This document shows positions 41,906-55,516 of a stretch of 64,000 nucleotides of DNA, piece by piece. How positions within the stretch are numbered: position 1 is the stretch's first letter; every line of letters starts with the position of its first letter. The position numbers were made by a program, and so were the translations under genes. The notes under the pieces are model-generated. The model saw only the letters and a program-made list of their open reading frames with translations, was not told the origin of the DNA and did not search any database. Origin of the DNA: Octopus sinensis (Eukaryota); NCBI RefSeq assembly GCF_006345805.1, contig NW_021831752.1:310001-374000 (forward strand), in the 5' to 3' direction.

Positions 41906-42755
41906 ATTATTTTTAATTATTATTTTAATATGATATTGTACAATCTATATCCAGAATAAAAAACCCGACGTTTTTATTTATGACAAATCGACAAATACAA
42001 TCACAGATGGGTCTGCCCATCACTGTAGTAAACGTGGGCTCTAAAAGAGGAGTTTGATGTAACAATGTAAATTAAATTACAAAACAGAAATTCAAAATAA
42101 CTTTAAAATATGTAAATCTGACAACTCAATAATTTTCTAATTAAATGCTGTCCAATGTTTTCTTAGCGGCGGACACAAGAGAAACCTTAGGCACTTAAGT
42201 CCTTATTGAAACGCAGAGTGCTATAAAATAATTTTCTATGAAAGCCTATTTATGACAATTTTTCTTTTATCTCCAGTTTTTTCAAAATTTAAATAAGGTG
42301 TATTTTGGATACGATACTGTCAAAGACCAATGGAAATCTTTGTATCTATTTGAAAGCATCACTCTCAAAAAAATTTTTTACCAACACCCCAATGTGTAGT
42401 GATCTAGTTAATGTTTTGGAGTGATTCCTAAAATATAAGTTTTGAAAGTCCCTGCTCACTATGTGCACGTGGACCAAGAAAGCATGTAGTGGGATTGTTA
42501 TTAAATCGCAATCATTTTTGATTTTAGTTGACATATAAAGTTCTGTACAAGTCAATTTGGTTAAAAAATGTCTTCACTTTTGGAAAGAATTTTTAGTAGA
42601 ACCTCAGACTACAGCATTGCGAATAAAGACAGGCAGACAGGTAAATCCTTCGATATATTGTAGTAGTTAGGTTTGATCGGTTGCATAGCAAAAAATGTCA
42701 GTATCCATGCGACGTTAAATAAAATGCTAAAATTTAAATAAATTTGAATTGTGTG

Positions 42756-45250
42756 ATGGCAACTGTGACTGAAAACAAATCCAAATCCGGGACATCTCGT
42801 CCGAGTACTTCTGGAAATAAGGGTAAATCCAAACCAGCCCCTCCAACGGGTCCAGGAAGCAAAATAAAGTAATCATTCTGTGATTGTAGCGTAGAGCACT
42901 GCCCCCCGCATTGGCAGTTCACATTAAACATGCCACTGAGGGTAAAAGACGTGTTTTCATTAAATACGCCTCTCAAAAAATAAAAGCAATCCCCCCAGAA
43001 ATACTAAAAAACGAAGAGGCTGGGAATCTTTTTTAACCCCCAGGTTTGCGACTACGCCACAGAACTGGACATTTCAAACAACAAATTCAAAAAAATACCA
43101 AAAGACATAAACTCGTTGTATACAATGCAAAAAATAGACGCCAAATACAATCAGTTGGGGGCGATCCCTGGGACCCTATTTCGTCTCAAGGAGTTGCGAC
43201 AAGTCGACTTGTCCTCCAATTTGATTAAAAAAATCCCGCCAACACTCCCCAAAGCCACTGGATTGCTCGATTTTGATTTAAGGGAAAATAAAATCAGAGC
43301 TCTTCCTGCAGCCATCAACAAAGCCAAATCCATCCTTCGCTTTGACGTCTCGAATAACATTATCAAGACATTCCGTAAACAAGCATATGAACTAACGGGG
43401 TCACTTGACATTTCACGGAATCGTCTCAACGGACTTCCTCCAATCGGAGCAAAGCAAAAGGCGACGTTGAAAAAACTGGATGCTTCATACAACACCATTT
43501 CTAAACTTCCTCAGACGATTGACCGAGTCTCCTTTCTACGTCGACTGGACCTCTCAAACAACAACATCACCCATGTCCCCGAATCCTTCGGAAATCTGCG
43601 TTATTTGAACTATTTAGACATGTCAAATAACGACATTGAAGAGATTCCGAATTCAATTTGTCAGCTGAAATATAACCTTGTTGAATTATACTTGTCTAAC
43701 AACAAAATTTCAAAATTCCCCAAAGATATCGACGAATACAAAAAATTACGAGTCCTTGATTTGTCAGCAAACCAACTGGTCAAAATACCTCGGAAATTTG
43801 CCATGAACCAGTCAATAAAACACGTGAATCTCTCAAAAAACCAACTGGAGGACATTTCCCCAGTCACTGATTCTCTCTTAATCCACTTTCTGGACATTTC
43901 AGAGAACTGCATCCCGGAAATACCCGAAACAATCAAAAACCTGGTTTACTTGGAAACACTGCTGGCCTCGCACAACCAAATAAGGTGAGAAAAGTAAGTT
44001 GTACTGCAGAGAACTCCCAGATGAGCTACAACAACTCAGTCGGCTTAACAAACTGAATATCGCCCACAACCAGATTGAGGCACTACCCGAAAACCTGGGA
44101 CATCTTCAACTGATAAATTATCTGGACATTAGCAATAATCCAATCACCAGACTCTCCGAAAATATTTTTAACGTTGGAGGACTGTTTCTAGTTTAGATCA
44201 AGTCCCTCGAATACTTTTATCTCAACAACCTTGAATTACAAGTCATTCCAAAGTCGATTCAGTCATTTTCCAATTTGAGGGATTTTCATTTGTGCAATAA
44301 CAAAGTGGAAACGTGCCACATTCCACAAAATGTCAAAAGTCTAAAAATATCACACAACCCATTAAAGTGAACTTGGACAGTCAAATTTCCAGGTCTGTCT
44401 CCGATGATCCCCGGAACTCATTTTTCACTTTATTGAACAAACGTGAGTTGTTTGTGTCCCTAACCGTCCTGGAACTGGTCAGCCTAAACATGGACGAACT
44501 CCCAAAGGCCATTCCCAACCTCCGACTGTTGGAAGAACTGTACTTTGACGACAACAACGTGACACAATTCCCGGAGGTTGACAGTTAAAATAATTCCCAG
44601 AACTTTGATAAATTACAAATGATGCGGATTCTCTGCGCTTCGAAGAACAAACTCTGTTTTTTGCCATCAAATATGCACAAACTGAGGAATTTGGAGAAAC
44701 TCGATTTGTCACAAAATTCTTTAACCAAATTTGACGAGAGTCTGACCACTTTTGAATATTTGGAATATCTCGACCTATCGGAAAATGAAATCCAGAGTTT
44801 ACCACAGACGTTTGGTTCTCTCAAATTGTTGACATATTTAAATCTATCAAAAAATAACATCGAATCCTTCCCAAGTGAGGATATCCAAATTCTCGGCTCA
44901 GTCAAAAAATTGGACATTTCTGAAAACAGAATTGGAGAGTTGCCAGCAAATCTTCCTTACCTTTACCGAATGGTCGAGTTGAGGGCTTCTTTCAACTATT
45001 TGGAAGGCCTGCCTCCAGCAATTAATTTGATGAAGGGACTTGAAATTTTGCTGGTCGACGAGAATTATATTGTCACCCTCTCAGAAAACATCTGCAAGAC
45101 TCCGAATTTAAAAATCCTCGACGTTTCGAACAACAAAATAAAGCAGTGGCCCAAAGCCTTTGAAAATTTGAAAAAGAAATGCAATTGTATCACCGGCCAT
45201 CAGACTTCCAATAAACGTAAAAGCACTAGTCCCAAGGAACCTTCGAATAA
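42756..45250 (+). CDS. Large leucine-rich-repeat protein (more than 20 LxxLxLxxNxL repeats), multi-exon
   Basis: Continuous typical LRRs such as LRRLDLSNNNITHVPESFGNL; 24-26 nt introns; no other domain recognised. Confidence 0.88.
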
Positions 45251-45297
45251 TTAATTAATCATTAATTGCTAACATTAATAAATATAATTAATAAATT

Positions 45298-47710
45298 ATG
45301 GGTTGGGAGTCTAGTGGTGCACATGGACTTGACATAAACTCACATTTGTTTAATTCCGAGGAATATTTATCCACCATTTTGGCAGTAAAACTTCCAAATC
45401 ACCATTTAGACAAGTTCTCTTTCAGAAATTAGCCAAATTCAATACAAGACAAACAAGCATCTCAGAGAATTGGAGATAAAAATGCAGAATTTGGTCTACG
45501 ACAACTACAACAAGTTCGTTTCTGCCACAAACGCAGTCAAAAACGTATTCCTCCACTAAAACCCACCAGATGAAGGCAGGCTTCAACGAAATGATTCCCG
45601 AGATATCCCAAATGAGTGTCTGTCTCGACTCCATCACCCACCAGACTGGCCACATCCACGAATCAATCTCTTCTGGACGGGAAAAACTCCTGGCTTGTTA
45701 CAACAATCAAACTTCCCTAAGAAGACTTCAATTGCTTCTCAATTTGCCCACTAAACTGAGACACTGGGCTAGTCAGGGGGACTACCATACTGCTGTGGAG
45801 TACGTCCTTTCTTCAATTTGTAGATTTTATATTCAGACAAGGCGATTCTACCAGGCACATTCAGCCAATGATACTCTCGCAGTGGCCAGCAAACAGACTG
45901 ATTTGGTTATAACAGAAATTGCCATTGCTCTCCGTGAATTTGTCACTGGGGGATACAAGGATGACTGCAGTGCACGTGATTTGCATAGTACAGTCCTCTT
46001 ACTTATCAAACTGGGATATTCAGCATTAGAATTGGGAAGGGAATTCATATCTGGGTAGTGTTCTCTCTCATTTATAGTACTAAACTAACATTTGATCAAC
46101 AGTTGACGGAGTTGGCAGACGTTTTTCGATTTCCTGAGGTAATGTGGTTATTTCTACTGGAAGTGTATTGAGACATTTTTTAGTACTGACTGTGTCACGT
46201 TTATTCACAACCTTTCAGTGGCTTCTTCCACATTTGAGAACGTTTTTGAACAATTTTTTGAGTTTAGTGTATTTCGGAGTATTTAGAAGTGAGAATTTCG
46301 GTCAAATGAGGAAGGAAATGTGTGAAATGAATAATCATGTTGTCGGTGACTTGGTTTCACTTATTGGGCAATCCATTCGACGGTGGGGAGGTTAAATAAC
46401 GTGGATAGTGAGGACATTGATGACAAACAGGCGATGGATTTGTTAGTGCCTGTTTTGCGACGTCTGTTCTCTCTCAATCTTGTCATGTCTGGGCATTTCC
46501 AACTGTACAAATGTGATGATTATGTTAGTGACACTGATTCGATATTTGTACATATTCTGCGTGCTCGAATATCTCTTCATGTTAAAGAATTGACTGAAAA
46601 TATAGAAAGTAATCATTCTGCTTACCCAAGTCGTGTATCCTTCCACATTGGAAGTGTCTCCCAAGACTATAATCCGGTTTGTGCGTGATGTGTCCACCAA
46701 AATCTCTTTTCTATTAATTAAGGCTCGTTCTTCTTTGAACGTATTTGTTTTTTGACATTTAGAGGTGTATTTTAAGTCTGATCTTGTCCCTGTGACATTG
46801 ACTATTGAAGAAGAGGAGTTGGACGTTGGATTTGTGCTGTCGTTTATCAGATCAATATCTCAAAGAGAATTTAAGAAGGAAATGAGTGGTGACTTGCAGA
46901 CTGATCTCACAAATACGTCGGCCTTGATCGTGCATGCTAAACTCTGCACTGTTTTGGCTGATGAAACAATAAACGAGATTGTACTGTCCCCATTACTACT
47001 TAGATTCCCTCCACCAGGCCAGGCCTTGTCCAATCCACCATATCTCACTTGAGGAAGACTAGTTCTATTACACTCGGCTTGTATGCTCAATTCCTGGGCT
47101 GTCGGTTTTCGAAGGTTTGTCTGATTTGGTCATTTAAGCTACTAATGGGGACTTTAGACTGCCCAAGTGAGGACAAAGTCAGTTCGGAGATGATGGAGAT
47201 ATGTGGGTGTTTTCGAAGTATATCTGAATTATTGGGAGTCTGTTTCCCCCCTTCAGATCGGACAAACAGCGAGTCAAGTCTCGTGTCCGCCAGTCGAAGG
47301 TGGCGTCCTGATGTGGTCAGGAATGACTCGAAAAGTCTGTTAAAAAATATTCAACTCCTTTTTGCTGAACGGGCCGAGTTTTACTGTCCATTGGAAGGTG
47401 ATGCAACTCTTATTTTGAATGGAATTACCAAAATATTTCTCAAAGTTGGTTCTTTTTAGTATTTCTAGAACTTTGTGGAAAGTATTCGACTTTGCAGGCT
47501 TTCTGGAAAGATTGTGAGACAAATTCAGTTGGACGTTCATTACTGTAGTCAGTTGTCGATTGTTTTTCCACTGAGTTTGTTTTTGTGTGTATTTTTAGGG
47601 TTTTGATGTTATTTGACGAGGTTATGAACAGTGCATTGTCACAGTGTTGGGGGAGTTGTGAATTAAGAGATTTGCCGGTTGGGGATTTGAGGTTATTCTT
47701 AGAGTATTGA
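45298..47710 (+). CDS. VPS51: Vacuolar protein sorting 51 (GARP/EARP subunit), multi-exon
   Basis: LDINSHLFNSEEYL, MQNLVYDNYNKFVSAT, LLNLPTKL, LILNGITKIFLK, VQLDVHY. Confidence 0.88.
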
Positions 47711-48578
47711 CACGATTCTTCATCATTTGCACTAATATATAATTATTTTTTTAAGCACACATGGCTTGCCAAGTGGGTCTTGTTGTTGGTCTTAGATTGG
47801 ATATTTTCTATGTTAGTCATATAAAACGATGATCGAGGAGGTTGTTTGGTCGCTCGGTTGAGTACGTGATTTATTATTTGAAAGTTTCTGATAAGTGAGA
47901 ACAGGAAGGCAGTCTTGAATGAATCCATCGTTTACAAACTTAATATGTCTAGTCAGCTTCTCTAGATTAGGTTCTTTCGTTTTCCTCCACCATCTTTTGT
48001 GTTTCATCTCTCACTAATGAGGATATTTTGGCTGTACTTTTGATGTTAAGTTTATTTTGAAAGGATTAGTGCTATCTGTTCCTACTTAATTTATACTATC
48101 TTCCATAGAGTGGGGCTAAAAAGTCATGGAAGGCTTGCATATTTTGACTAAATTCATTAATTCAACTCGAAAATAAGATTAAATACTGTAGTTAAAAAAG
48201 AAATTAGAATATATAAGACGCTTTAAATTAATTGTTCAAAAGACTTGAGTTATTTATACTGCAATAATTAGCGATTTTTCGTAAAAGTCATTTTATAGAA
48301 GGAAAAAAGTCATTGAACAAAATCAAATGAATATTGCATTGCTCTTGCTAGTATTGCTGCTTTCAATCTTTTTTGTACGGATAAATAAGCTTCTGACATT
48401 CAAATAGAGTAATATTTTTTCATTTTCATAGCAAATTTTTTTTCAATTCGTGAATGTTTTTCGATTTCCTTAAACCAAATTTAATATTTAAAATTTTTAT
48501 AATGTTTTTGATTGGATTGAGATCTGGTGATTGACTTGGCCATTCCAAAACATTTATTTTGTTCCTTAGTAACTATTC

Positions 48579-49048
48579 GCCGGAATCCCCTCCCTGCTTG
48601 AACCCACTGGGATCGATCGGGGGGACGGAAAAAGGCCTGACGGATAACTGTGTTTCCTTTCAACAGGGGAAGCCTCTCACCTGGGATGCCACGTGTGTGG
48701 ACTCTTTCTCGCCTCAGAACCTGCTGATGTCGGGCTCCGCTCCTGGATCTATTGTCACAACCGCGGAATGCAAAAAGATGCGAAGTACTCCTCACTTACG
48801 GAGAAGTTCCAATTCCTTCCATTCGCGGTTGAGACTCCGGTTCCTTGGGCAGTAAGGCAATCAGCTTCGTTCAGGAGATCGGGTCCCGCATGTCTGCCAT
48901 CACAGGCGACGCCCGCGAATCGAGATGGTTTTTCGAGCGGATATCCCTTGCGATAGTACGCTCTAACTCTTTCTCGATCGCGTCGGCTTCCCGCCCTTGA
49001 AGCTTTTAATTAATTAACTTGTAGTTATTGGTTGGTTTGTCAAAAAAA
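48579..49048 (+). mobile_element. CRE-clade retrotransposon, short 3' fragment with poly-A
   Basis: GKPLTWDATCVDSFS, FLPFAVET; 8-bp TSD aactattc at 48571-48578 and 49049-49056. Confidence 0.82.
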
Positions 49049-49243
49049 AACTATTCAACAGTTATTTTTTCTTATGTTTTGGGTCGCTGTCATGTGAAAT
49101 GTCCATTGTTGTGTCAAATTTAATTTAGCGACCAAGATTTCGCAATATTTAAGCGAATTCATTATTCCATCTATTACAAATACAGTAGATTTTATTTCTA
49201 ACGAAAATTCGAATTTATTTATTTTTACACATAAAATCAGTTA

Positions 49244-49964
49244 TTAAAAGTTTTTTTCCTTTTTTATATTTTGCATTACAGTTCGTAATTTATCCATAAT
49301 TGGTATATTTGAAGGTGAATTTTGTAGAATAAACTTTTCCATGGTCTCAATTGCACACATTGCATCACAAAAACCAACTTTCTCTATATCCTCATCATTT
49401 TTATTCTCTTGATTCTTATCTTCAAAGGAATCAATTGTTCGCAAAAATTCTTCATCATTATTGTTGCAAATTTTATAGGTACAATTTTTATTATCATCAG
49501 AAACCGGAGAGTCCTTCTTAATAGTACACCTTTTTGATATCTTGCTTTTACGTTGCTTTACCAATATAAAATAAAAATACTTTCTTAACTGTAATAATTT
49601 TCCATGTAAATATTTAGCTGCTGTCGAATAATGGATAGAAATTCCAGTTTCATTAAATAGTCTCGCACAAATTTCACTTAGAGTGATGACAGGATTTTCC
49701 TCAACATAGTTTATCATTCTCGATATTTCAGTGTCTGTGATTTTTGACCATCTGAATCCTCCACGTTTTATTAGGTTGTGAAGCATTTCGTATCCATTTA
49801 TAAGCTGTATTTCGCTTAACTCCATTCGAATCCGCCACAATATGCCAATCTGCATCCTCATTTTGATAAGCAGATATAATTCTCATTTTGGCTTCCAAAT
49901 TTGTTTTATTATATGTTTTACTAACACGAGAAGAAGTATTCATAGTTTTATCAAAAGTATTCAT
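49244..49964 (-). mobile_element. Chimeric DNA-transposon remnants: IS630/Tc1-like HTH region joined to a Tigger/pogo-like C-terminus
   Basis: GVKRNTAYKW..RGGFRWSKIT..EENPVITL; then acidic DAMCAIETMEKFI; a Tigger-like KCFEKAF lies across the array at about 51350. Confidence 0.5.
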
Positions 49965-50030
49965 TCCGAACGGACAAAATCCATTTATATTTTTTTAGAT
50001 ACGTAATTTTGACATTAACATATTTGAAAT

Positions 50031-51300
50031 TCACAACAATGACTTTTGACATCTCAGTTCGGATATAAAAAACCACAGTAATGACCTTTGACATCTCAGT
50101 TCGGATATTAGAAACACAGTAATGACCTTTGACATCTCAGTTCGGATATTAAAAACCACAGTAATGACCTTGAATCTCAGTTCGGATATTAGAAACCACA
50201 GTAATGACTTTTGACATCTCAGTTCGGATATTAAAAACCACAGTAATGACTTTTGACATCTCAGTTCGGATATTAGAAACCACAGTAATGACCTTTGACA
50301 TCTCAGTTCGGATATTAAAAACACAGTAATGACCTTTGACATCTCAGTTCGGATATTAGAAACCACAGTAATGACCTTTGACATCTCAGTTCGGATATTA
50401 AAAACCACAGTAATGACCTTTGACATCTCAGTTCGGATATCGTAAAGAAAGAAAAAAGTAAGCAATTGGGTGGCTAAGGGAATTGTCGAGGGCCTGAGGG
50501 TCAGCTCAACGATGCCGCGCTGCGTATTGAGTGGCAGTTTCCGCGGAGCACAGCAACCGAGATTCGCTGGAACAGCCAGCTCGTCTCCCTCCGGTCGTTT
50601 GTTTTTGTGGAGATTTTTCTACCAATGGCGGTGAGGAGTTGAGTCGCAGCCTTTCCGACGATTCCAGAGTTTCGAAGGCGAGGGGGGCAAACTCAAAAGC
50701 GTCCGAAATACACCGGTATTTCGTCATCTTTGTCTCTTCAGCCAGCGCACTGGCGGAACCCGGGTTTGCGACAGTCCTGGGAAGCATTGTCGCCGAAAAA
50801 GAGTCGACACACGTGGCATCCCAAACCAGGGACTTGCCTTCCCTAAAAGGAAAGGTCGTCATCCCGTCGGGACGCTTGCCGTCGCTCCGGGAAAGGCCGA
50901 CTGGCTCTAGGGTGGAAGGGAAACCAGCCGACTCTAGAGCCCTCCTCACAACGTCATTCAGATGAGTGTGACGGGGAATTCTCCCGGCACTCTTCCCAGT
51001 TCGGATATTAGAAACCACAATAATGACGTTTGACATCTCAGTTCTGATATTAGAAACCACAGTAATGACCTTGACATCTCAGTTCGGATATTAGAAACAA
51101 CAATAATGATACAAAATCCGAAAAATACCAGGGCTTGTTAGACGGCTGACGTTTGACATCTCAGTTCGGATATTAGAAACAACAATAATGATGTTTGACA
51201 TCTCAGTTCGAATATTGGAAACCACAATAATGACGTTTGACGTCTCAGTCCGGATATTAGAAACCACAACAATGACTTTTGACGTCTCAGTCCGGATATT
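50031..51300. repeat. 42-bp minisatellite (about 17 copies) interrupted by a CRE insertion
   Basis: Unit gacatctcagttcggatattagaaaccacagtaatgaccttt; 10 copies left of the insertion and about 7 right of it. Confidence 0.95.
50441..50996 (-). mobile_element. CRE-clade 3' fragment inserted in the minisatellite
   Basis: SAGRIPRH, DGKRPDG, WDATCVDS, FAPLAFET; 12-bp duplication cagttcggatat at 50429-50440 and 50997-51008. Confidence 0.85.
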
Positions 51301-51989
51301 TGACAGCAAAAAGGTGTAAAGTCATCCGGAGTGTCCTGCTTTGCCACTTGCTAAATGCTTTTTCAAAGCATTTCGTTACTGTTGTTCTTTTTAATTTCAT
51401 CCCAGCTTCAATTATCAATTGTATTGCATCAACTTGAAATTCCTGAGTTTTTTTTATCTTTTAGATCATAGGATGACATTTAAATAAAAAGTCAGCATGG
51501 CTTTAATATAAAAATACAGGATTGACCAATTTCTCATTACCTGATATAATACGGTATTTTATTCCAAATTAATTCTTAAAAGAATTGCCATTTTTACAAT
51601 TTTTATGCCATTTGTTGTAGCATTCCATTTGTAATAGTATTCCGAATGACCTTTTATGCTGAATACATTCATAAGAGGCATATAAATTAAAAAAACTTTA
51701 CGGAAATTTTGTTAGATTCTTATTTTCGGAATAGGATTCATTGATTATGATTTTGTTTATTGTTTCTATTGGCATGTTTTATACTTTACTCCATTGAAAT
51801 TTTGTAATGCTTAAAATTTTTTTATAGTTAAAAACTTCGAGCTTTCTTTAAAAACATTATGTTTTTCGATTGTTTTTGCGTTATTCTTACGTGAACAAAT
51901 GAGTCAAAGGTCGAAAACTCGTTTTCGTTAAAAATTGATTTTCTTCCGATTTGATTAAAATAATTTTCGTTGAATTAAAAAACGTACTG

Positions 51990-53131
51990 TAATTCACCGA
52001 CGCCTGTTGATGAAAAACAGCCCCACAGCATGATACTTCCTCCCCAGTGCTTTATGGTAGGTATGGTGCATTTTTGGTTATACGTCTGATTGGATTTAGA
52101 TGCTCCCTGAGGGTTTCGAATACGCCTGAATTGCGAGATTCAAGAGAGTTAGTGAACCACATAACGCCACGTTGATATAAGTTCAGTCCGAAAAGTTTTA
52201 TTTTTAATTCATCCGACCATAAAATATTGTTTATGAATTCATTTTCTTTATTTAAAAGATATTTGGCATATTTAAGTCGTGCAGAAATGTTTATTTTCTT
52301 TGATAATGGAACACGACGGGTCCTTCGTTTATTGATACCTTCAGTGCGTAGTGTATAAGTAATTGTATGAATGGATACTAATGCCAATTCTTTTCAAGTA
52401 CAGTGCACGACAAAAGTAACCGGACAAGCCAAAATTTTCCATTATTTTAAGTCATTTTAAAACTTTTTTTCACATAAATCACCCTTTGTACATTAATTTA
52501 CACGAAAAACAATTTTTTACATTTTTAATTTAATCTTTATTCAATTGTACATTAAATTTAAAGCATAAATAATTACGAGGTGCGACAAAAGAAACCGGAC
52601 AGTTAAAAATAATCAAAAATTAGTATCTAGAATTGCCTCTTTTGGCATTATACACTGCGTAGCTTCTATCCTTCATTGATAAAATTAGTTTTTGTATGAA
52701 CTCTATCGGGATTGATCTCCAAATTTGGATAATTTCCTCTTTTAGGTCATTGTGACATGTTGGGGTTTTTTCACCTATTTTTTCTTTTCATATATGCCCA
52801 GACGTGCTCAATGGGATGAGATCAGGTGACTGGGCGGGCCATGAAATAACTTTGATTCGGCTTGTCCGGTTACTTTTGTCGTGCACTGTAATTCTTAGTT
52901 TTGTACGGACTATTCTTTTCATTAATGAGCAAGAACGTTGAGTTATTTTCTTTGCACCACCTGATCCAGATCGATTAATGGTAGTTTCGTCTTGTTTCCA
53001 TTAGGTAATATTCCAACAGTACTCTTTGGTAATATCTGCAATTTAGAAATCTTTTCATAACTTTTACCTCTTTGGTATGCAGTTACAACTTGTTGTTTTA
53101 GGTCCAAATAATGCTCTTTTCTTGTCGCCAT
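51990..53131 (-). mobile_element. Degenerate Tc1 element carrying a nested mini-Tc1
   Basis: MATRKEH..KSTVGIL, LKYAKYLL..ILWSDELKI; the reading continues across the insert at a TA. Confidence 0.75.
52401..52888 (-). mobile_element. Internally deleted Tc1 derivative (488 bp)
   Basis: About 29-bp terminal IR cagtgcacgacaaaagtaaccggacaagc; TA at 52399-52400 and 52889-52890; contains the transposase 3' end (WPAQSPDL). Confidence 0.85.
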
Positions 53132-53179
53132 GAGTATTTTAATAACGAGCGAAAATGAAAGTGTATTTATACTAATCAG

Positions 53180-53745
53180 AATCTATGAAACAAAGCCTCC
53201 CTCCGGTCATTCGTCTTCAAGGTAATTTTATCATCGAGCATACGCAACAACCTCTCGGCCTCCTTATCGACCACGACAGTGGTCTCAAAAGCAAAAGAGA
53301 CAAATTGGTAAGTGTCAGTAAGGAGTACGTATTTCGATCTCTTTCTCTACTCCGCAAGTGCGCAAGCGTATCCTGGAGAACATGCTATCTAGAGCAACAG
53401 CGTCACGGAAAAAGATTTACCGTCCAAAACGATTGACCTACCTCCCCTGAAAGGAACGTAGTCATCCCGTCAGGACGTTTCCGTCGTTTCGAAGGAATCC
53501 AACCGGTTCCAAAGGGACGGGAATCTGGCGGAATCCAAAACCCTCTTCATGACATCATTGAGAAATGCATGGCGCGGTAAACGGCCAGCACTCCTCTTAC
53601 ATAACAGTGTGTGTAACCCGCTTTGTGAGATCATCGAACCACACCGACAACGGTGCGGATGGCACATGTCCAATCCCAGTCGCAAACAAAAGCTGATACG
53701 GACGGTTTTGTCCCCCAACGGCAGACAATCAGACATCAGTAAGAG
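53180..53745 (-). mobile_element. Degenerate CRE-clade 3' fragment
   Basis: CLRLGLDMCHPHRCRCG, SAGRLPRH, YQFVSFAFETT; frameshifted; no TSD found. Confidence 0.75.
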
Positions 53746-54370
53746 AGCAAATCAGAATCGATTAATCAATTTTATTGAAATTACGACTAATCAATCATTT
53801 CGAAAGAAAAAGAAGCGAAATAAAGATAATCATTTATATCTTATTGCGGAAAAAATTCATATTTCTTTGATAGTCCCATCACTTTTTCCCATATATAATT
53901 TGACATTCAATTAAAGTGGAGTTTCAATGATAATTATTTGAAATTCGTGAAAATAATTAATACATTAATTCTAAAATTTGAATGACAAATAATTCCATTG
54001 ATAAAAAGAGATTAAAAATAATACACGATTTCATTATAAAAGCTATCAAAAATGGTAATCATTCTAAAACATGTCATTAAAAAAAGATAGGCGTCCACAA
54101 CTTATTTTCCCCATTGTATATTCACGTTTAAGTTCTCGGATTTTAATTTTCATTTAGACGTATTACTCTTTTAAAACATACTAAATTAGATGGAATGAAT
54201 CTAGTTTTAAAGTAATGCGACGTCTGTTTTTCCTTGTATTTCTAAACTCACTCCTCCTTCGAGGTTCACCATATACAAAATTTAAATCTTAGAAATACAA
54301 GAAAAACGATTAAACGGTTCAAAATACAATAAAAATTTACTTAGAACTATGAAAACTAACAAAGTATAAG

Positions 54371-55289
54371 TTATTCAATTTTTAGTCTTTTGCTCTGACT
54401 GATATGCTCGTCTGATGGACTATCCTGTTCAATCAACGAATATTGATAAGATTTAGTTCTCTTCCACACATCAAGTTGATCAGAATGAACACCAATCACA
54501 ACACCAAGAACAGTTTTCCTTGAAAATGCGTGTTTAAGAACTTGTTTGGGATTTTCGGAAATGCATATTTTACTTTTAGACTTTGAAATCCGGAAGATTT
54601 GAGCCATATTCCGCACATCCAAAGGAGATCTGACATCAAAGCATTTCTCTGCACACGAACCAAAGACAATTCCCTTTCCAGACACAGCCAAAACAAGACT
54701 CAGAGAACTGGCCAGAATATTGACACGTTGTGAGGGATCTCGAATTGCCCCAGAATAGCATATTTCAACACAAACTCCCCTTTGAACAGACATTTTAAGC
54801 TATTTTATACACGATAAGACAACCTGCTTGCTTGCTGCTTGAAATGAAAGTCTCTGCTGGAAATCGAAGCAAATCAAATCAAAATTGTCATGTGCCCCGA
54901 CCTGATGTGAATATTAATACCAACCTTCTCGAGGACTTGGTCATTGAGGGGAAGGATGGAGACAATATCGTACTTGTTGTAGTTGGATAATTTAGAAATG
55001 GTGGCTAATTGGTTTGGATTTTGGACTTTGATGGTAATTCGTGAAAGTATTTTGATTTTTCCTTCAAATGACTGAATGACTGGGTGATTCATTGTCTCCT
55101 CGGGGCACTAATATAATATATATAATAGGATACTGGAATTATGTCCTTTTCTCCCTTTCCGAGTTTCTGGTTAGTTTTGCTCAAGTCAACACATCTGTTC
55201 ACAGCAATTGTGTGATAGTCTAAAAATATCAATGTTTCGATTGTCTTTTTTAGATCTGTAAAGTTTGTTAAAACTATGTTGAAATCCAT
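54371..55289 (-). CDS. RPP30: Ribonuclease P/MRP subunit p30, multi-exon
   Basis: YHTIAVN, ILSRITI, YDIVSILP, GVCVEICYS, GKGIVFGSCA..DVRSPLDVRN. Confidence 0.85.
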
Positions 55290-55516
55290 CAACAAGATAA
55301 CGTTTTATTTATAGACAAAATTGATATGATTATTTATTCAATAAATGCGTGTTTTTTTAAATAACTATAATAGAAAAAATAAATAATATTAAAAAAATAT
55401 TTTGAAAAAAATTAACTCAATCAACGGACATTAAATCCTAATTCTGGCCATACCCAATAAAATATTCACAAACAAAAAACTAATAAAAAAACAAAGTCCA
55501 ATCCTAAAAAGTTTTT

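Noticed and set aside
42869-42889. 21-nt intron plus frameshift in the LRR gene
   Set aside because: Using the next AG (42894) gives a 26-nt intron that keeps the frame.
45382-45409. GC-AG intron in VPS51
   Set aside because: A canonical GT donor 3 nt downstream (45385) gives an in-frame 25-nt intron.
47743-48140. Small minus-strand gene convergent with VPS51
   Set aside because: Short ORFs exist but I could not build a consistent spliced model or recognise homology.
50031-50465. 144-aa repetitive ORF as a real protein
   Set aside because: Single-base indels between units switch frames repeatedly; the open frame is a by-product of the 42-bp unit.
50031-51300. CRISPR array
   Set aside because: Units are head-to-tail with no unique spacers (one exception), there are no cas genes, and the context is eukaryotic; this is a minisatellite.
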